DNA of 64,000 bases from Mobula hypostoma (Eukaryota), in NCBI RefSeq assembly GCF_963921235.1, contig NC_086108.1:76138001-76202000 (forward strand). Reading direction: 5' to 3'. Positions 12,014 to 24,093 of the stretch are shown one piece after another. Numbering within the stretch: position 1 is the stretch's first letter; the number at the start of each line of letters is the position of its first letter. The translations under genes and the position numbers were made by a program. Below the pieces are notes generated by a model, which worked only from the letters and a program-made list of their open reading frames with translations, was not told the DNA's origin and made no database searches.

Positions 12014-12172
12014 ACCGTTCAGGTGCCTGTATACTCAGAGCAAGAATATCAGATGTATCTACATGATGATGGATGGACGAAAGCAGAAACAGACCATCTA
12101 TTTGACCTCTGCAAACGTTTTGATCTCCGTTTCATTGTCATCCACGACCGCTATGACCACCAGCAGTTCAGG
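12014..12172 (+). CDS. DMAP1: DMAP1 coding exon, SANT/Myb-like domain: TVQVPVYSEQEY...HDRYDHQQFR
   Basis: tag|ACC acceptor, AGG|gtgagt donor, 159 nt, phase 0. Contains WTKAETDHLFDL. Confidence 0.97.
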
Positions 12173-12339
12173 GTGAGTAAAGCCAAAATGAATGGAAAGA
12201 ACCAATGTGAACACTGGAAAATCTAAAGAGCTCTGAGCAATGGAATACATATATTCTTTTTTGTGTGGACGCATTTCTATTTTGTAGACTTTTTATGTTA
12301 TAATATGTCTAAAAGGTAAATGGTGTCTATTGACCTAAA

Positions 12340-12645
12340 CACGGTGGTGTGGTGGTTAATGCTTTACAGTGCTGGCTGTAAGATTGGGGTTTGATTCTCG
12401 CCACTGTCTGTAAGGAGTTTGCACGTTCTTCCTGTGACTGCGTATATTTCCTCCCAATGTTGTAGTTTCTTCACACATTTCAAAAAATTACGATTAGGTT
12501 TAGTGAGTTGTGGGTGTGCTATATGGTGCCGGAGTGTGGATACACTTGTGGGCTGCCCAGTACAATCTTCGCTGACTTGATTGGATGCCAATGATGCATT
12601 TTACTGTGTTTTGATGTACATGTGAAAAATACAGTTAATCTTTAT
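12340..12645 (+). mobile_element. V-SINE (HE1-like)
   Basis: tRNA-like head (GGTGGTGTGGTGGTTAATGC...GGGTTTGATTC), degenerate V core and LINE-type tail. Confidence 0.75.
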
Positions 12646-13399
12646 AAAAATCACCATAAACTGACCAATGGTTACCTAGACAACAGTCATGGAATAAACA
12701 TACGAGGAGTGATTGATAAGTTCATGGCCAAAGGTAGAAGGAGTCAATGTTAGAAAACCTCGCACATTTATTTTTCAACATAGTCCCCTCCTACATGTAC
12801 ACACTTAGTCCAGCAGTCGTGGAGTATATGGATGTCTTCTTTGTAGAAGTGGTCCACAGCAGGGGTGATTGATAAGTTTGTGGCCTAAGATAGAAGGCAG
12901 TGAGTTATTAACTTCAAACTTTATGCATTATCACTCGAAGAGTTGAACCGCACGTGCATGTAACAAGAGCGTCTTGGACCTCCAGATGGTCCACAGCAGG
13001 GGTGATTGATAAGTTCGTGGCCTGAGGTGGAAGGAGATGAGTTATACAGCTCTCGTTACATGCACGTGCAGTTCAACTCTTTGAGTGATAATGCAGAAAG
13101 TTTGAAGTTAATAACTCATCTCCTTCTACCTTGGGTCACAAACATCAATCACCCCTGCTGTGGACCACTTTCTGGAGGTCCAAGACACCGACTTCTACAG
13201 AGAAGGGATCTGTATGCTCCATGACCGCTGGGCTAAGTGTGTAAATGTAGGAAAAATAAATGTGCTGGGTTTTCTAAAATTGACTCCTGCCTTAGAACAT
13301 AGAACATAGAATAGTACAGCACAGTACAGGCTCTTCGGCCCACAATGTTGTGCCAACCCTTAAACCTTGCCTCCCATATAAGCCCCCACCTTAAATTCC

Positions 13400-16200
13400 T
13401 CCATATACCTGTCTAGTAGTCTCTTAAACTTCACTAGTGTATCTGCCTCCACCACTGACTCAGGCAGTGCATTCCACGCACCAATCACTCTCTGAGTAAA
13501 AAACCTTCCTCAAATATCCCCCTTGAAGTTCCCACCCCTTACCTTAAAGCTATGTCCTCTTGTATTGAGCCATGGTGCCCTGGGGAAGAGGCGCTGGCTA
13601 TCCACTCTATCTATTCCTCTTATTATCTTGTACACCTCTATCATGTCTCCTCTCATCCTCCTCCTCTCCAAAGAGTAAAGCCCTAGCTCCCTTAATCTCT
13701 GGACATAATGCATACCCTCTAAACCAGGCAGCATCCTGGTAGTTCTCCTCTGTACCCTTTCCAATGCTTCCACATCCTTCCTATAGTGAGGCGACCAGAA
13801 CTGGACACAGTACTCCAAGTGTGGCCTAACCAGAGTTTTATAGAGCTGCATCGTTAAACTCGCGACTCTTAAACTCTATCCCTCGACTTATGAAAGCTAA
13901 CACCCCATAAGCTTTCTTAACTACCCTATCCACCTGTGAGGCAACTTTCAGGGATCTGTGGACATGTACCCCCCAGATCCCTCTGCTCCTCCACACTACC
14001 AAGTATTCTGCCATTTACTTTGTACTCTGCCTTGGAGTTTGTCCTTCCAAAGTGTACCACCTCACACTTCTCCGGGTTGAACTCCATCTGCCACTTCTCA
14101 GCCCACTTCTGCATCCTATCAATGTCTCTCTGCAATCTTTGACAATCCTCTACAGTATCTACAACACCACCAACCTTTGTGTCGTCTGCAAACTTGCCAA
14201 CCCACCCTTCTACCCCAACATCCAGGTCGTTAATAAAAATCACGAAAAGTAGAGGTCCCAGAACAGATCCTTGTGGGACACCACTAGTCACAATCCTCCA
14301 ATCTGAATGTACTCTCTCCACCATGACCCCCTGCCTTCTGCAGGCAAGCCAATTCTGAATCCACCTGGCCAAACTTCCCTGGATCCCATGCCTTCTGACT
14401 TTCTGAATAAGCCTACTGTGTGGAACCTTGTCAAATGCCTTACTAAAATCGATGTAGCTCACATCCACTACACTACCCTCATCTATATGCCTGGTCACCT
14501 CCTCAAAGAACTTTATCAGGCTTGTTAGACACGATCTGCCCTTCACAAAGCCATGCTGACTGTCCCTGATCAGACCATGATTCTCTAAATGCCCAGAGAT
14601 CCTATCTCTAAGAATCTTTTCCAACAGCTTTCCCACCACAGACGTAAGGCTCACTGGTCCATAATTACCCGGACTATCCCTACTATCTTTTTTAAACAAG
14701 GGAACAACATTTGCCTCCCTCCGATCCTCCGGTACCATTCCCGTGGACAACGAGGACATAAAGATCCTAGCCAGAGGCTCAGCAATCTCCTCCCTCGCCT
14801 CGTGGAGCAGCCTGGGGAATATTCCGTCAGGCCCTGGGGACTTATCCGTCCTAATGTATTTTAACAACTCCAACACCTCCTCTCCCTTAATATCAACATG
14901 CTCCAGAACATCAACCTCACTCGCATTGTCCTCACCATCATCAAGTTCCCTCTCATTGGTGAATACCGAAGAGAAGTATTCATTGAGGACCTCGCTCACT
15001 TCCACAGCCTCCAGGCGCATCTTCCCACCTTTATCTCTAATCGGTCCTACCTTCACTCCTGTCATCCTTTTTTTCTTCACATAATTGAAGAATGCCTTGG
15101 GGTTTTCCTGTACCCTACTCGCCAAGGCCTTCTCATGCCCCATTTTCACTCTTCTCAGCCCCTTCTTCAGCTCCTTTCTTGCTTTCCTATAATCCTCAAT
15201 AGACCCAACTGATCCTTGCTTCCTAAACCTCATGTATGCTGCCTTCTTCCACCTGAGTAGATTTTCCACCTCACTTATCACCCACCCATGGTTCCTTCAC
15301 CCTACCATTCCTTATCTTCCTCACCGGGACAAATTTATCCCTAACATCCAGCAAGAGATCTCTAAACATCGACCACATGTCCATAGTACATTTCCCTGCA
15401 AAAACATCATCCCAATTCACACCTGCAATTTCTAGCCTTATAGCCTCATAATTTGCCCTTCCCCAATTAAAAATTTTCCTGTCCTCTCTGATTCTATCCT
15501 TTTCCATGATAATGCTAAAGGCCAGGGAGCGGTGGTCACTGTCCCCCAGATGCTCACCCACTGGGAAATCTGTGACCTGACCCGGTTCATTACCTAGTAC
15601 TAGATCTAGTATGGCATTCCCCCAGTCAGCCTGTCCACATACTGTGACAGGAATCCGTCCTGGACACACTTAACAAACTCTGCCCCATTTAAACCCTTGG
15701 AACTAATCAGGTGCCAATCAATATTAGGGAAGTTAAAGTCACCCATGATAACAACCCTGTTATTTTTGCACCTTTCCAAAATCTGCCTCCCGATCTGCTC
15801 CTCTGTATCTCTGCTGCTACCAGGGGGCCTATAGAATACCACCAGCAGAGTAACTGCTCCCTTCCTGTTCCTGACTTCCACCCTTACTGACTCAAAAGAG
15901 GATCCTGCTACATTACCCACCCTTTCTGTAGCTGTGGTAGTATCCCTGACCAGTAATGCCACCCCTCCTCCCCTTTTTCTGCCCTCTCTATACCCCTTTA
16001 AAGCACTGAAATCCAGGAATATTGAGAATCCGTTCCTGCCTTGGTGCCAGCCAAGTCTCTGTAATGGCCACTACTTCATAATTCGATGTATGTATCCAAG
16101 CTCTCAGTTCATCACCTTTGTTCCTGATGCTTCTTGCATTGAGGTACACACATTTTAGCCCTTCTACCTTACTGTCTTTACACTGTTTATTCTGCTTCTC
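13400..16200 (-). pseudogene. CR1 ORF2: AP endonuclease plus reverse transcriptase, several frameshifts
   Basis: YLNARSI, ITETWL, GDFNFP, SDH, KSPGPDG, QHGF, DFSKAFD, GVPQGSVLGP, FADD and LVRPHLEY motifs across ORFs 13510-16257. Confidence 0.92.
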
Positions 16201-16292
16201 TTTCCTCAGAGCCTCTCTATATGTTAGATCTGGCTTTACTCCATGCACTTCTTTCACTGCTCTATCGCTCTGGGTCCCATCCCCCTCGCAAA

Positions 16293-17235
16293 TTAGTTTA
16301 AACCCTCCCGAACCATGCTAGCAAACCTACCTGCAAGGATATTGCTCCCCCTTGAGTTCAGGTGCAACCCATCCAATCTGTACAGGTCCCACCTTCCCCA
16401 GAAGAGATCCCAATGATCCAAAAATCTAAAACCCTGCTGCCTGCACTAACTCCTCAGCCATGCATTCAACTGCCATCTCCTTCAATTCTTACCATCACTG
16501 TCATGTAGCACTGGCAGCAATCCTGAGAACGCCACCCTTGAGGTCCTGTTCTTCAGCCTTCTGCCTAGTTCCCGAAACTCACTCTTCCGGACCTCATCCC
16601 TCTTCCTGCCTATGTCGTTGGTCCCAATATGTATCACGACTTCTGGTTGCTTTCCCTCTCGTACCAGGATGTTGTGCACCTGGTCAGAGACATCCTGGAC
16701 CCTGGCACCCAGGAGGCAACAAACCATGCGGGTGCCCTTCTCACATCCACAAAATCTCCTGTCTGCTCCCCTGACTATAGAGTCTCCAATGACGACAGCT
16801 CTCCTCTTCTCCATCCCACCCTTCTGCACCACCGGGTCAGACTCAGTGCCGGAGGCCCTGCCACCGTGGCTCACACCTGGTCGGTCGTCCCTGCCAACAG
16901 TATCCAGGACGGTAAACTTATTATTCAGGGGAATGGCTACAGGGGTGCTCTGTACTACCTGTCTGCTCATCTTCACTTTCCCCCCTCTGACTGTCACCCA
17001 ACGACCTGCTTCCGACAGCCTCGGTGTGACTTACCTCCCTGTAGCTCTCATCTATGACTGCCTCATTCTCCCTTATGAGTCGAAGGTCATCCAGCTGCTG
17101 CTCCAGATTCCTTACATGGTCTTCCAGATCGCGTAGCCGTATGCATTTCTGGCAGATGTGACTCTGCGGGAGATGGGCGTTCCCCCACGACTGCCACATC
17201 TCACATGAGAGGCACATCACCGTCTCAGGAGGCAT
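16293..17235 (-). pseudogene. CR1 ORF1: zinc finger, coiled coil and SGNH esterase, frameshifted
   Basis: MPPETVMCLSCEMW...HICQKC; VVIGDSIVRG; VIHIGTND. Confidence 0.85.
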
Positions 17236-17510
17236 TGTAAAGACTAACTGCAAACAAGCTTGTCCTTTGCCTCTTCTCGTCGACGCCTCTTGAGTCAAAG
17301 CCTCAAAGCTCCACTCCTTCACTGGCTGCTTTCCACAGGCCACAAACTTATCAATCACCCCTCGTACTATTTCCACACAGACAGTACATGAGATCTAATT
17401 GAATCAGGTCCCTGGAGCTGTGCTAACTGCTGCAGTGCCTTCACTTGACCATTTATCTCGTTTAGCATCAATTCCAACAATGGCAAAATACTTATACATT
17501 TCCTTTTTTT

Positions 17511-18120
17511 TAGATTAGATTATGAGGATACTCAGTCCTCGTTTATTGTCATTTAGTAATGCATGCATTAAGAAATGAAACAATATTTCCTCCGGTGTGA
17601 TATCACAAAACACAGGACTGACCAAGACTGAAAAAACTGACAAAACCACATAATTATAACATATAGTTACAACAGTGCAACTTGATGAAGAAGTCCATGA
17701 GCACAGTAAAAGTTCAAAGTCTCTCTAATATCCCACATCTCATGCAGACTAGAGAAGGAAGAACTCTCCCTGCCATGCCGACCACAGTCCGACTCTGAGT
17801 CATCTGGAATCTTTGAGCTCTGATCAGCTCTCCGACACCGAGTACTGTGCGCCATCTCTGTCCGAACGATTCGACCTCAACCTCGGTCGCCAACAGCAGG
17901 CAAAGCCGGGGATTTTGAGGCCTACCCTCTGAAAGATTCCCGACCACGCAGTAACGACAGCAGCAAACGAGCATTTCAGAAATTTCTCCAGACGTTCTTC
18001 TGTGCTTTCACATCCCTCTCCATCAAATCAGAATTGTCCACGTCCCCTATTTAACAGATATGATATCATTTTTCACTAGAGGGCTGCGCACGCACGGTGC
18101 GCCGCTGTCTCTCCTCCCGC
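17511..18120 (-). mobile_element. Non-autonomous retroposon-like element (~610 bp)
   Basis: CpG-rich 5' end at ~18120, AATAAA near the 3' end and an (AATCT)n tail on -. No credible ORF. Confidence 0.55.
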
Positions 18121-18437
18121 CATTTACAACAATTTTTAAAAAGTATTGTTGGACATAATGGAAGATCATGAAAGGCACTATAGAAATGTAAGTTCTCTTT
18201 CTATAACTTAAAGCACTTATTTTTAGATGATTCTTCAAGTTCTGGTTTACTGTTTTTACGATCCTGAATTAACATTAGAGAAACCAGCAGAATATGCAAG
18301 ATTTTTTAATTTAGCCACAACACTTTTTTTAAGCTACAAATTCAATTCTTTTTTACAATTCCTCCACTGAAACAAATGACAGGATAATATTCAAAGCCAC
18401 CAGTGCATTTCTGCCAAAACACATTGTTGTAGCTGGA

Positions 18438-19017
18438 GTAACACATACAAAATGCTTGAAGAACTCAGCAGGTCAGGCAGCATCTATGAAAAGGAATAAA
18501 CAGTTAATGTTTCAGGCCGAGACACTTCCAGGACCAGAAAGGCAGGGTGAAGAAACCAAAGAAAGAAGGTGGGGAAGGGGAAGTGTTATGTGGAAAAGGT
18601 AAAGGGCTGATGAAGAAGGAATCAAATTCCATCATGTCCCTCGTTGGCCTCCTCTACTGCCATGATGAGGCCACGCTCAAGTTGGAGGAGCAACACCTGA
18701 TATTCTGTCTGGGTAGTCTCCAAGTTGATGGCATGAACATCAATTTCTTGAATTTATAGTAATTTTCCCCCTCCCCCTTCCTTTTTTCATTCCTCACTCT
18801 GGTTTCTTTCTTACCTCTTCTCTTCACCTGGTTATCACCTCACCTCCTCCTTCCATTTTTCCTATGGACCTCTCTCCTATCAGATTCCTTATTCTTTAGC
18901 TCTTTATCTTTTCCATCTATCATTTTCCCTTCCCTTCCCCTTCATTCCTTTCCATAGAAGCTGCCTAACTTGCAGTGTTACTCTTGATTTCAGCATCTGC
19001 AGAATCTCTTCTGTTTG
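18438..19017. mobile_element. Penelope-like insertion: inverted terminal repeat plus 3' end of the GIY-YIG ORF
   Basis: GLLYCHDEATLKLEEQHLIFCLGSLQVDGMNINF (~18630-18759, +) resembles a PLE endonuclease C-terminus. Pyrimidine-rich UTR follows. Flanked by TTGTTGTAG(C/G)TGGA at 18424-18437 and 19018-19031. Confidence 0.85.
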
Positions 19018-20374
19018 TTGTTGTAGGTGGACCTAGGAATGAACCTGTTTTATCAACTTAGTGTTGTAAGCAATTTATATGGATTAAACTGTTTCTGAGT
19101 TCTGGTATAATGATTGGGGACTGCAGCATGGCAAAAGAATTTCATGCTGGATCACCTGAGTAGCAGGATTTATTGTAGAAGAAATTGCTTACATTTATCA
19201 TAAATTTCGCGTTGGTCCAGTTCATTGGAGCTTGTTTGTAGTAAAGTGGAAATTTAAGATTGAATGCTTGATATATCTGAAGTATAATGTTATCAGTTGT
19301 AGCTACATGTGCCTCAAAATGCATCCTGGGCATCAACATTTAGGTTTTTTGAAAATTAATGTTGGAAAAATAATATTAATGTATAAGACTATTGTCAAAT
19401 TAAAGGAAGTTCCTGAGCTGCAATATTGGATATTCTTTGTTTTACTTAGTAATTATTAGCTACACAGTATGACTCAATAACAATCTTATTTAGGATCTTT
19501 GCATAATATCAACCATAGTAAGGCAGATTGTTTGCTCAGCTAGTAACGAGAGCAACTAACTAACAGGATATCAAATATCTCCTTTCTTAACCTAGCAACC
19601 GAACATGCATCGATCCAGGATATTGACATAGAGATATGAGAAGCTTGCAAGAAAGCCCAATTTTTTTTCCTTCCTTCTTGCACAATAAGTGAAACTGTTC
19701 ATGCATTTCTTAGCAAAAGAGTCTCAAGTAATGGCAAAATCAGGTCCTGCATATTATTCCAATTGGCCTTTTTCAATACATCGTAAAGACTCTTAACAAA
19801 TTTCAGGTTAGTGATAGATATTCTGAATGAGTAGGTCATCTCAACTGTCATCATCATTTGTCGAACAGCTTCCTGCAGACTTGTATTTCTAATAATCAAG
19901 TAACTACTTTCTCAATCAGTAGCTGAACTTGTAGTAATCTCGAAACCAGCAGCTACAGTAATAAGACTGCACCATCACTGGCCTCTGATGCACACCTTGT
20001 TATACAAACTGTATGTTGTGATTTTTGTACATTCCCCCACAAACACTACTTCATTGAATTGGTTAACACTGAAATGAGCTGAGACTGTATATATTTATTA
20101 ATTGTTTATAGGGTAAATGAACATAATTTATTTCAACTTAACATTGGTTTCAGTGCAAGTATTATTTGCTTCAACTTAATGTTCTCTTGAAAATGTAGAA
20201 AATAACACCATTGTGGTTGATTTAGCATGCTAAGTATGCATATTCATTGGTCGAAGTATGAAATCATAGAATTATTTGAGGCTTGTTTTGTTATTTTTCT
20301 AAGATAAACTGCTACTGCCATACTTGTTTATTTCTTGAATGGACTTTGCTAACCGAATTTATACATAAGAGTCC

Positions 20375-20953
20375 TGTTGTGGGGTGGATGAAATCACGGG
20401 AGAGGCAGAGTTACTGGGAGATACAAAGCAGCTTCTTTATTCGACACAACAAGGTACAGCAGGCATCATACGGAAGGAGACGCTTTCGGTAGAAAGGTCT
20501 GCTAGCCCAATGTGGGCTTGATATTTATATGCTGAACACAAAGGGCAATCACTATTTACAAAGTTGTAGATAATCCATAGACAGTGCTTCCTTTTGAAGC
20601 TACATACAAAACATCACACCTTCTGACTTCATCCTTTCCTCCCGACACCAACATATCTGGGTTGGTACTCACAGCCTTTAGGAGTGCAAGTCAAATCCAC
20701 AATACATTTATTTGGTATTTTACGTGCTTACATAGAGGACAATTAATATTATAAAGTATAGATAAGGCTGTCTTCAAAACTACCTGTAAACTTCCCACTT
20801 CCACCTGCAGCATCTGGCTAGTATTCTGATATTCACAGCTTTTAGGAAATGCATTGTTGTGAACTCAATCCACAGTACTTTGTCTAACAGAAGACTGGTG
20901 GCCAGAGTCATTTAGTTGTAAATGAATCATCTACCCAAAAACTCAATCTAACA
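20375..20953 (-). mobile_element. Solo LTR (579 bp)
   Basis: TGTT...AACA termini, exact 5-bp TSD AGTCC (20370-20374, 20954-20958), with TATAAA (20529-20524) and AATAAA (20441-20436) in LTR order on -. Confidence 0.8.
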
Positions 20954-21689
20954 AGTCCCAACCTTGTTGGCAATGCAAACCACTGGCAATTACTCATCTA
21001 AGTGGAAACAAGGAAAAAGCATGGGAGACCCAAATTCAACTGAAAGATTTAGATGAGTGCCAACAGATTCATTTATCTTCATTGTTAACCTTCCCTGGCA
21101 TCCAGCTCCTTAAAGGCTCTCTCTTGCTGAGATTTCCACTCTAATACTGCATCAGATTTGATACAAAATCCCACTTTGCATTGGTGATTGTCTGACTGCA
21201 TATTATCTATTTCAGGCTAAGGGTCTTAATTATTTGTGACTTTTATAATTTTTCAAGTTAACTTTTATATTTTATTTAATTTTTAACTATCACATTAAAA
21301 ACATTTAAATCCTTCATAGCTTTAACTACTGTCTAAGTTGGGGATGGTGTTTTGCCATCTCTCAAATCTTTTGTGGACAGTGTTTCCTGTTCCTGAGTAA
21401 TGTTCCCGTGCTCCTCTGCTTTCAGACTAACTGAATGCAGGAACATCAAGAATCTTCATTTCCCTGTACTTTGGGAGTTAGTGCTAAGAAGATTTGAACC
21501 TTTGCTTCCTGGTGGGTGAGAGGGGAGAATGAAGATTCCAATCTTCCCTGCCTTAGGGATTGAGAACTGTCAATCATAGTAGTTATCAGTTTCCAAGAGT
21601 AGATTTTTTTATTGATACGAGTTAACAGTCCACGATGGGTAATATTATCAAAAACATTTCCCCTCCCCTCCCCAAGTAGGCCCTCCCTT

Positions 21690-21905
21690 TGAGCCATGCA
21701 ACTCCCCGACAAACACAATTAACCCTAACCTAATCACGGATCAATTTGCAATGACCAGTTAACCTACCCAATACATCATTTGGACTGTGGGAGGAAACTG
21801 GAGAAAATGCATGCATTCCACGGGAAGGACATGTATAGACTCCTTACAGAACGGCACCAGAATTGAACTTTAAACACCTTGAGCTATTGCACTAACCACT
21901 ACTCT
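21690..21905 (-). mobile_element. V-SINE-like copy
   Basis: TGGACTGTGGGAGGAAACTGGAG is the reverse complement of the V core. Confidence 0.65.
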
Positions 21906-22099
21906 TCAGTTTCTTTTGTATTTCTAAGTAATAATAATAATTCTTTACAAGTTAACTATGGTAATCTAATAATATTATTTTAAAATTTTATACTCCTGTT
22001 ATGTAGCTTCTGGATGATTTGTCATTAATCATACTTATAGTTTGTTTATCCCAAAAAGGTGAACACTTCCTCCTCCACCCTTCTTCGTTTTCCACAAAC

Positions 22100-22850
22100 T
22101 ACTCCCTTTCCCACAACAGTTTGCCATTCAACCATGGAGATGAAATACATGCTTTTTTACCTTGTTCCTTTGATCCATCATTTTAAATGGTTCCTTTTGG
22201 TAAAGTAAAATTTGCTTGTGCTTCTTCCAGTCTAGTGCATTATGTTTGGTTTTCACTGTGTTCACTTTTACGTGGAATAAATCAAATGCTAGTTAGGTGA
22301 CCACTTTACGGAATACTTTTGATCTATCTGTAAGCATGAACTTTAAGCTTCCCATCACGTGCCACTTTAACTCTCCATTAACTCTCACTGTGACTTCTCT
22401 ACGTTTGGCTGCTTATACTGCTTGAGGAATTGCACTTTATCGTGCTTGTTGCAGCCCTTAGGACTTGCTGTTTAACTAAACTCTTGAGAAAGCAGTTCTT
22501 TTTCTTCCTTTCCATACCACAGATGTTATTGTATATTATAGATCAATTTATTCCTTTAATTCTTTTATGTAATAGAGCATTACAGCAGGGATACAGGCCT
22601 AACAAAGGGTCTGCAACTACTTGTATATAAAGTAACAGTTATCTTGATAACTTTGATCTGTACCTTTTCTCAAACATTCCTTGTATTTTTGACATCAGTT
22701 TCCCTTTCTGCAGCATAACTATCCTTGTTTTTTCACATTTCCGGTTCTGATAAATGTTCCTTAATCTGAAATATTAGCTTTATTTTTCACTATAATAGCT
22801 GCCTAAACTGTTGAGTACTCATGGCTTTTTGTACATTTGTTCCGCTTATT
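22100..22850 (+). mobile_element. Old Penelope-like element remnant (GIY-YIG region plus 3' repeat)
   Basis: Degenerate FACASSSLVHYV..., LGDHFTEY and LPITCHFNSP peptides. Decayed hammerhead-like CTGATAA...GAAA at ~22747-22771. Confidence 0.6.
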
Positions 22851-23189
22851 TTATTGTCTCACCACAGCATTCAAAATATCTGATTCATGAGAAGGAAACC
22901 CACAGGAAATCTACAAGTATATACAGTTGAAGTCGGAAGTTTACATACACTTAGGTTGAAGTCAATAAAACTCATTGTTTAACCACTCCACAGATTTCAT
23001 ATTAGCAAACTATAGTTTTGGCAAGACATTGAGGACATCTACTTTGTGCATGACATGAGTGATTTTTTCAACAGTTGTTTACAGACAGATTATTTCACCT
23101 TTAATTGACTATATCACAATTCCAGTGGGCCAGAAGATTACAAACAAAGTCAAAAGAAATCAGCCAAGACCTCAGGGGAAAAAAAAATT

Positions 23190-23792
23190 GTGGATCTTAC
23201 TTTTTGGAGAAATGTTCTCTGGTCTGATGAGACAAAAATTGAACTGTTTGGCCATAGTGACCATCGTTATGTTAGGAGGAAAAAGGGTGAAGCTTGCAAG
23301 CTGAAGAACGCCATCCCAACCGTAAAGCATGGGTGTGGCAGCATCATGTTGTGGGGGTGCTTTGCTGCAGGAGGGACTGGTGCACTTCACAAAATAGATG
23401 GCATCATGAGGAAGGAAAATTATGTGGATATATTGAAGCAACATGTCAAGACATCAGCCAGAAAGTTAAAGCTTGGTCACAAATGGGTCTTCCAGATGGA
23501 CAGTGACCCCAAGCATACCTCCAAAGTTGTGGCAAAATTGCTTAAGGACAACAAAGTCAAGGTATTGGAGTGGCCATCACAAAGCTCTGACCTCAATCCG
23601 ATAGAAAATTTGTTGGCAGAACTGAAAAAGCGTGTGCGAGCAAGGAGGCCTACATACCTGACTCAGTTCCACCAGTTCTGTCTGGAGGAATGGAACAAAA
23701 TTCCAGCAACTTATTGTGAGAAGCTTGTGGAAGACTACCCAAAATATTTGACCCAAGTTAAACAATTTAAAGGCAATGCTACCAAATACTAA
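23190..23792 (+). pseudogene. Tc1/SB transposase catalytic DD34E domain; most of the N-terminal DNA-binding domain is deleted
   Basis: WSDETKIELFG, FQMDSDPKH, DLNPIENL, KGNATKY*. Only a SKEISQDLR...IVDL remnant lies upstream. Confidence 0.92.
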
Positions 23793-23983
23793 CAAAGTAT
23801 ATGTAAACTTCTAACCCAGTGGGAATGTGATGAAAGAAAGAAAAGCTGAAATAAATCATTCTCTCTACTATTATTCTGACATTTCACATTCTTAAAATAA
23901 AGTAGTGATCTTAACTGACCTAAGATGGGGAATGTTTTCTAGGATTAAATGTCAGGAATTGTGAAAAACTGAGTTTAAATGTA

Positions 23984-24093
23984 AACACGAGGAATTCTGC
24001 AGATGCTGGAAATTAAAGCAACACGCATCAAAGTTGCTGGTGAACGCAGCAGTCAAACTTGCTGGCTGCATTTACCAGCAACTTTGATGTGTG
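23984..24093. mobile_element. Penelope-like inverted pair nested in the right IR of the Tc1 element
   Basis: Same arms as 2938-3120. Flanked by TGAGTTTAAATGTA (23970-23983) and TGAGTTTAAATATA (24092-24105). Confidence 0.85.

Larger units (their letters stand above)
13294..17336 (-). mobile_element. Near-full-length CR1-clade LINE (HER1-like), frameshifted
   Basis: ORF1 with CxxC...CxxC and esterase motifs, ORF2 with APE and RT, and a (TTCTATG)n 3' tail at 13294-13312. Confidence 0.95.
12703..17364. mobile_element. Palindromic mariner-derived MITE (~620 bp of its own sequence) interrupted by a CR1 LINE
   Basis: TA|CGAGGAGTGATTGATAAGTT at the left and AACTTATCAATCACCCCTCG|TA at the right. Mariner C-terminal peptide FYKEDIHILHDCWTKCVHVGGDYVEK* on - (12768-12848), with a second copy on + (~13190-13258). 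Confidence 0.85.

Noticed and set aside
12849..13170. CRISPR-like repeat-spacer array (recurring GGTCCACAGCAGGGGTGATTGAT)
   Set aside because: Eukaryotic context, mixed orientations and only three copies. They are internal TIR copies of a mariner MITE.
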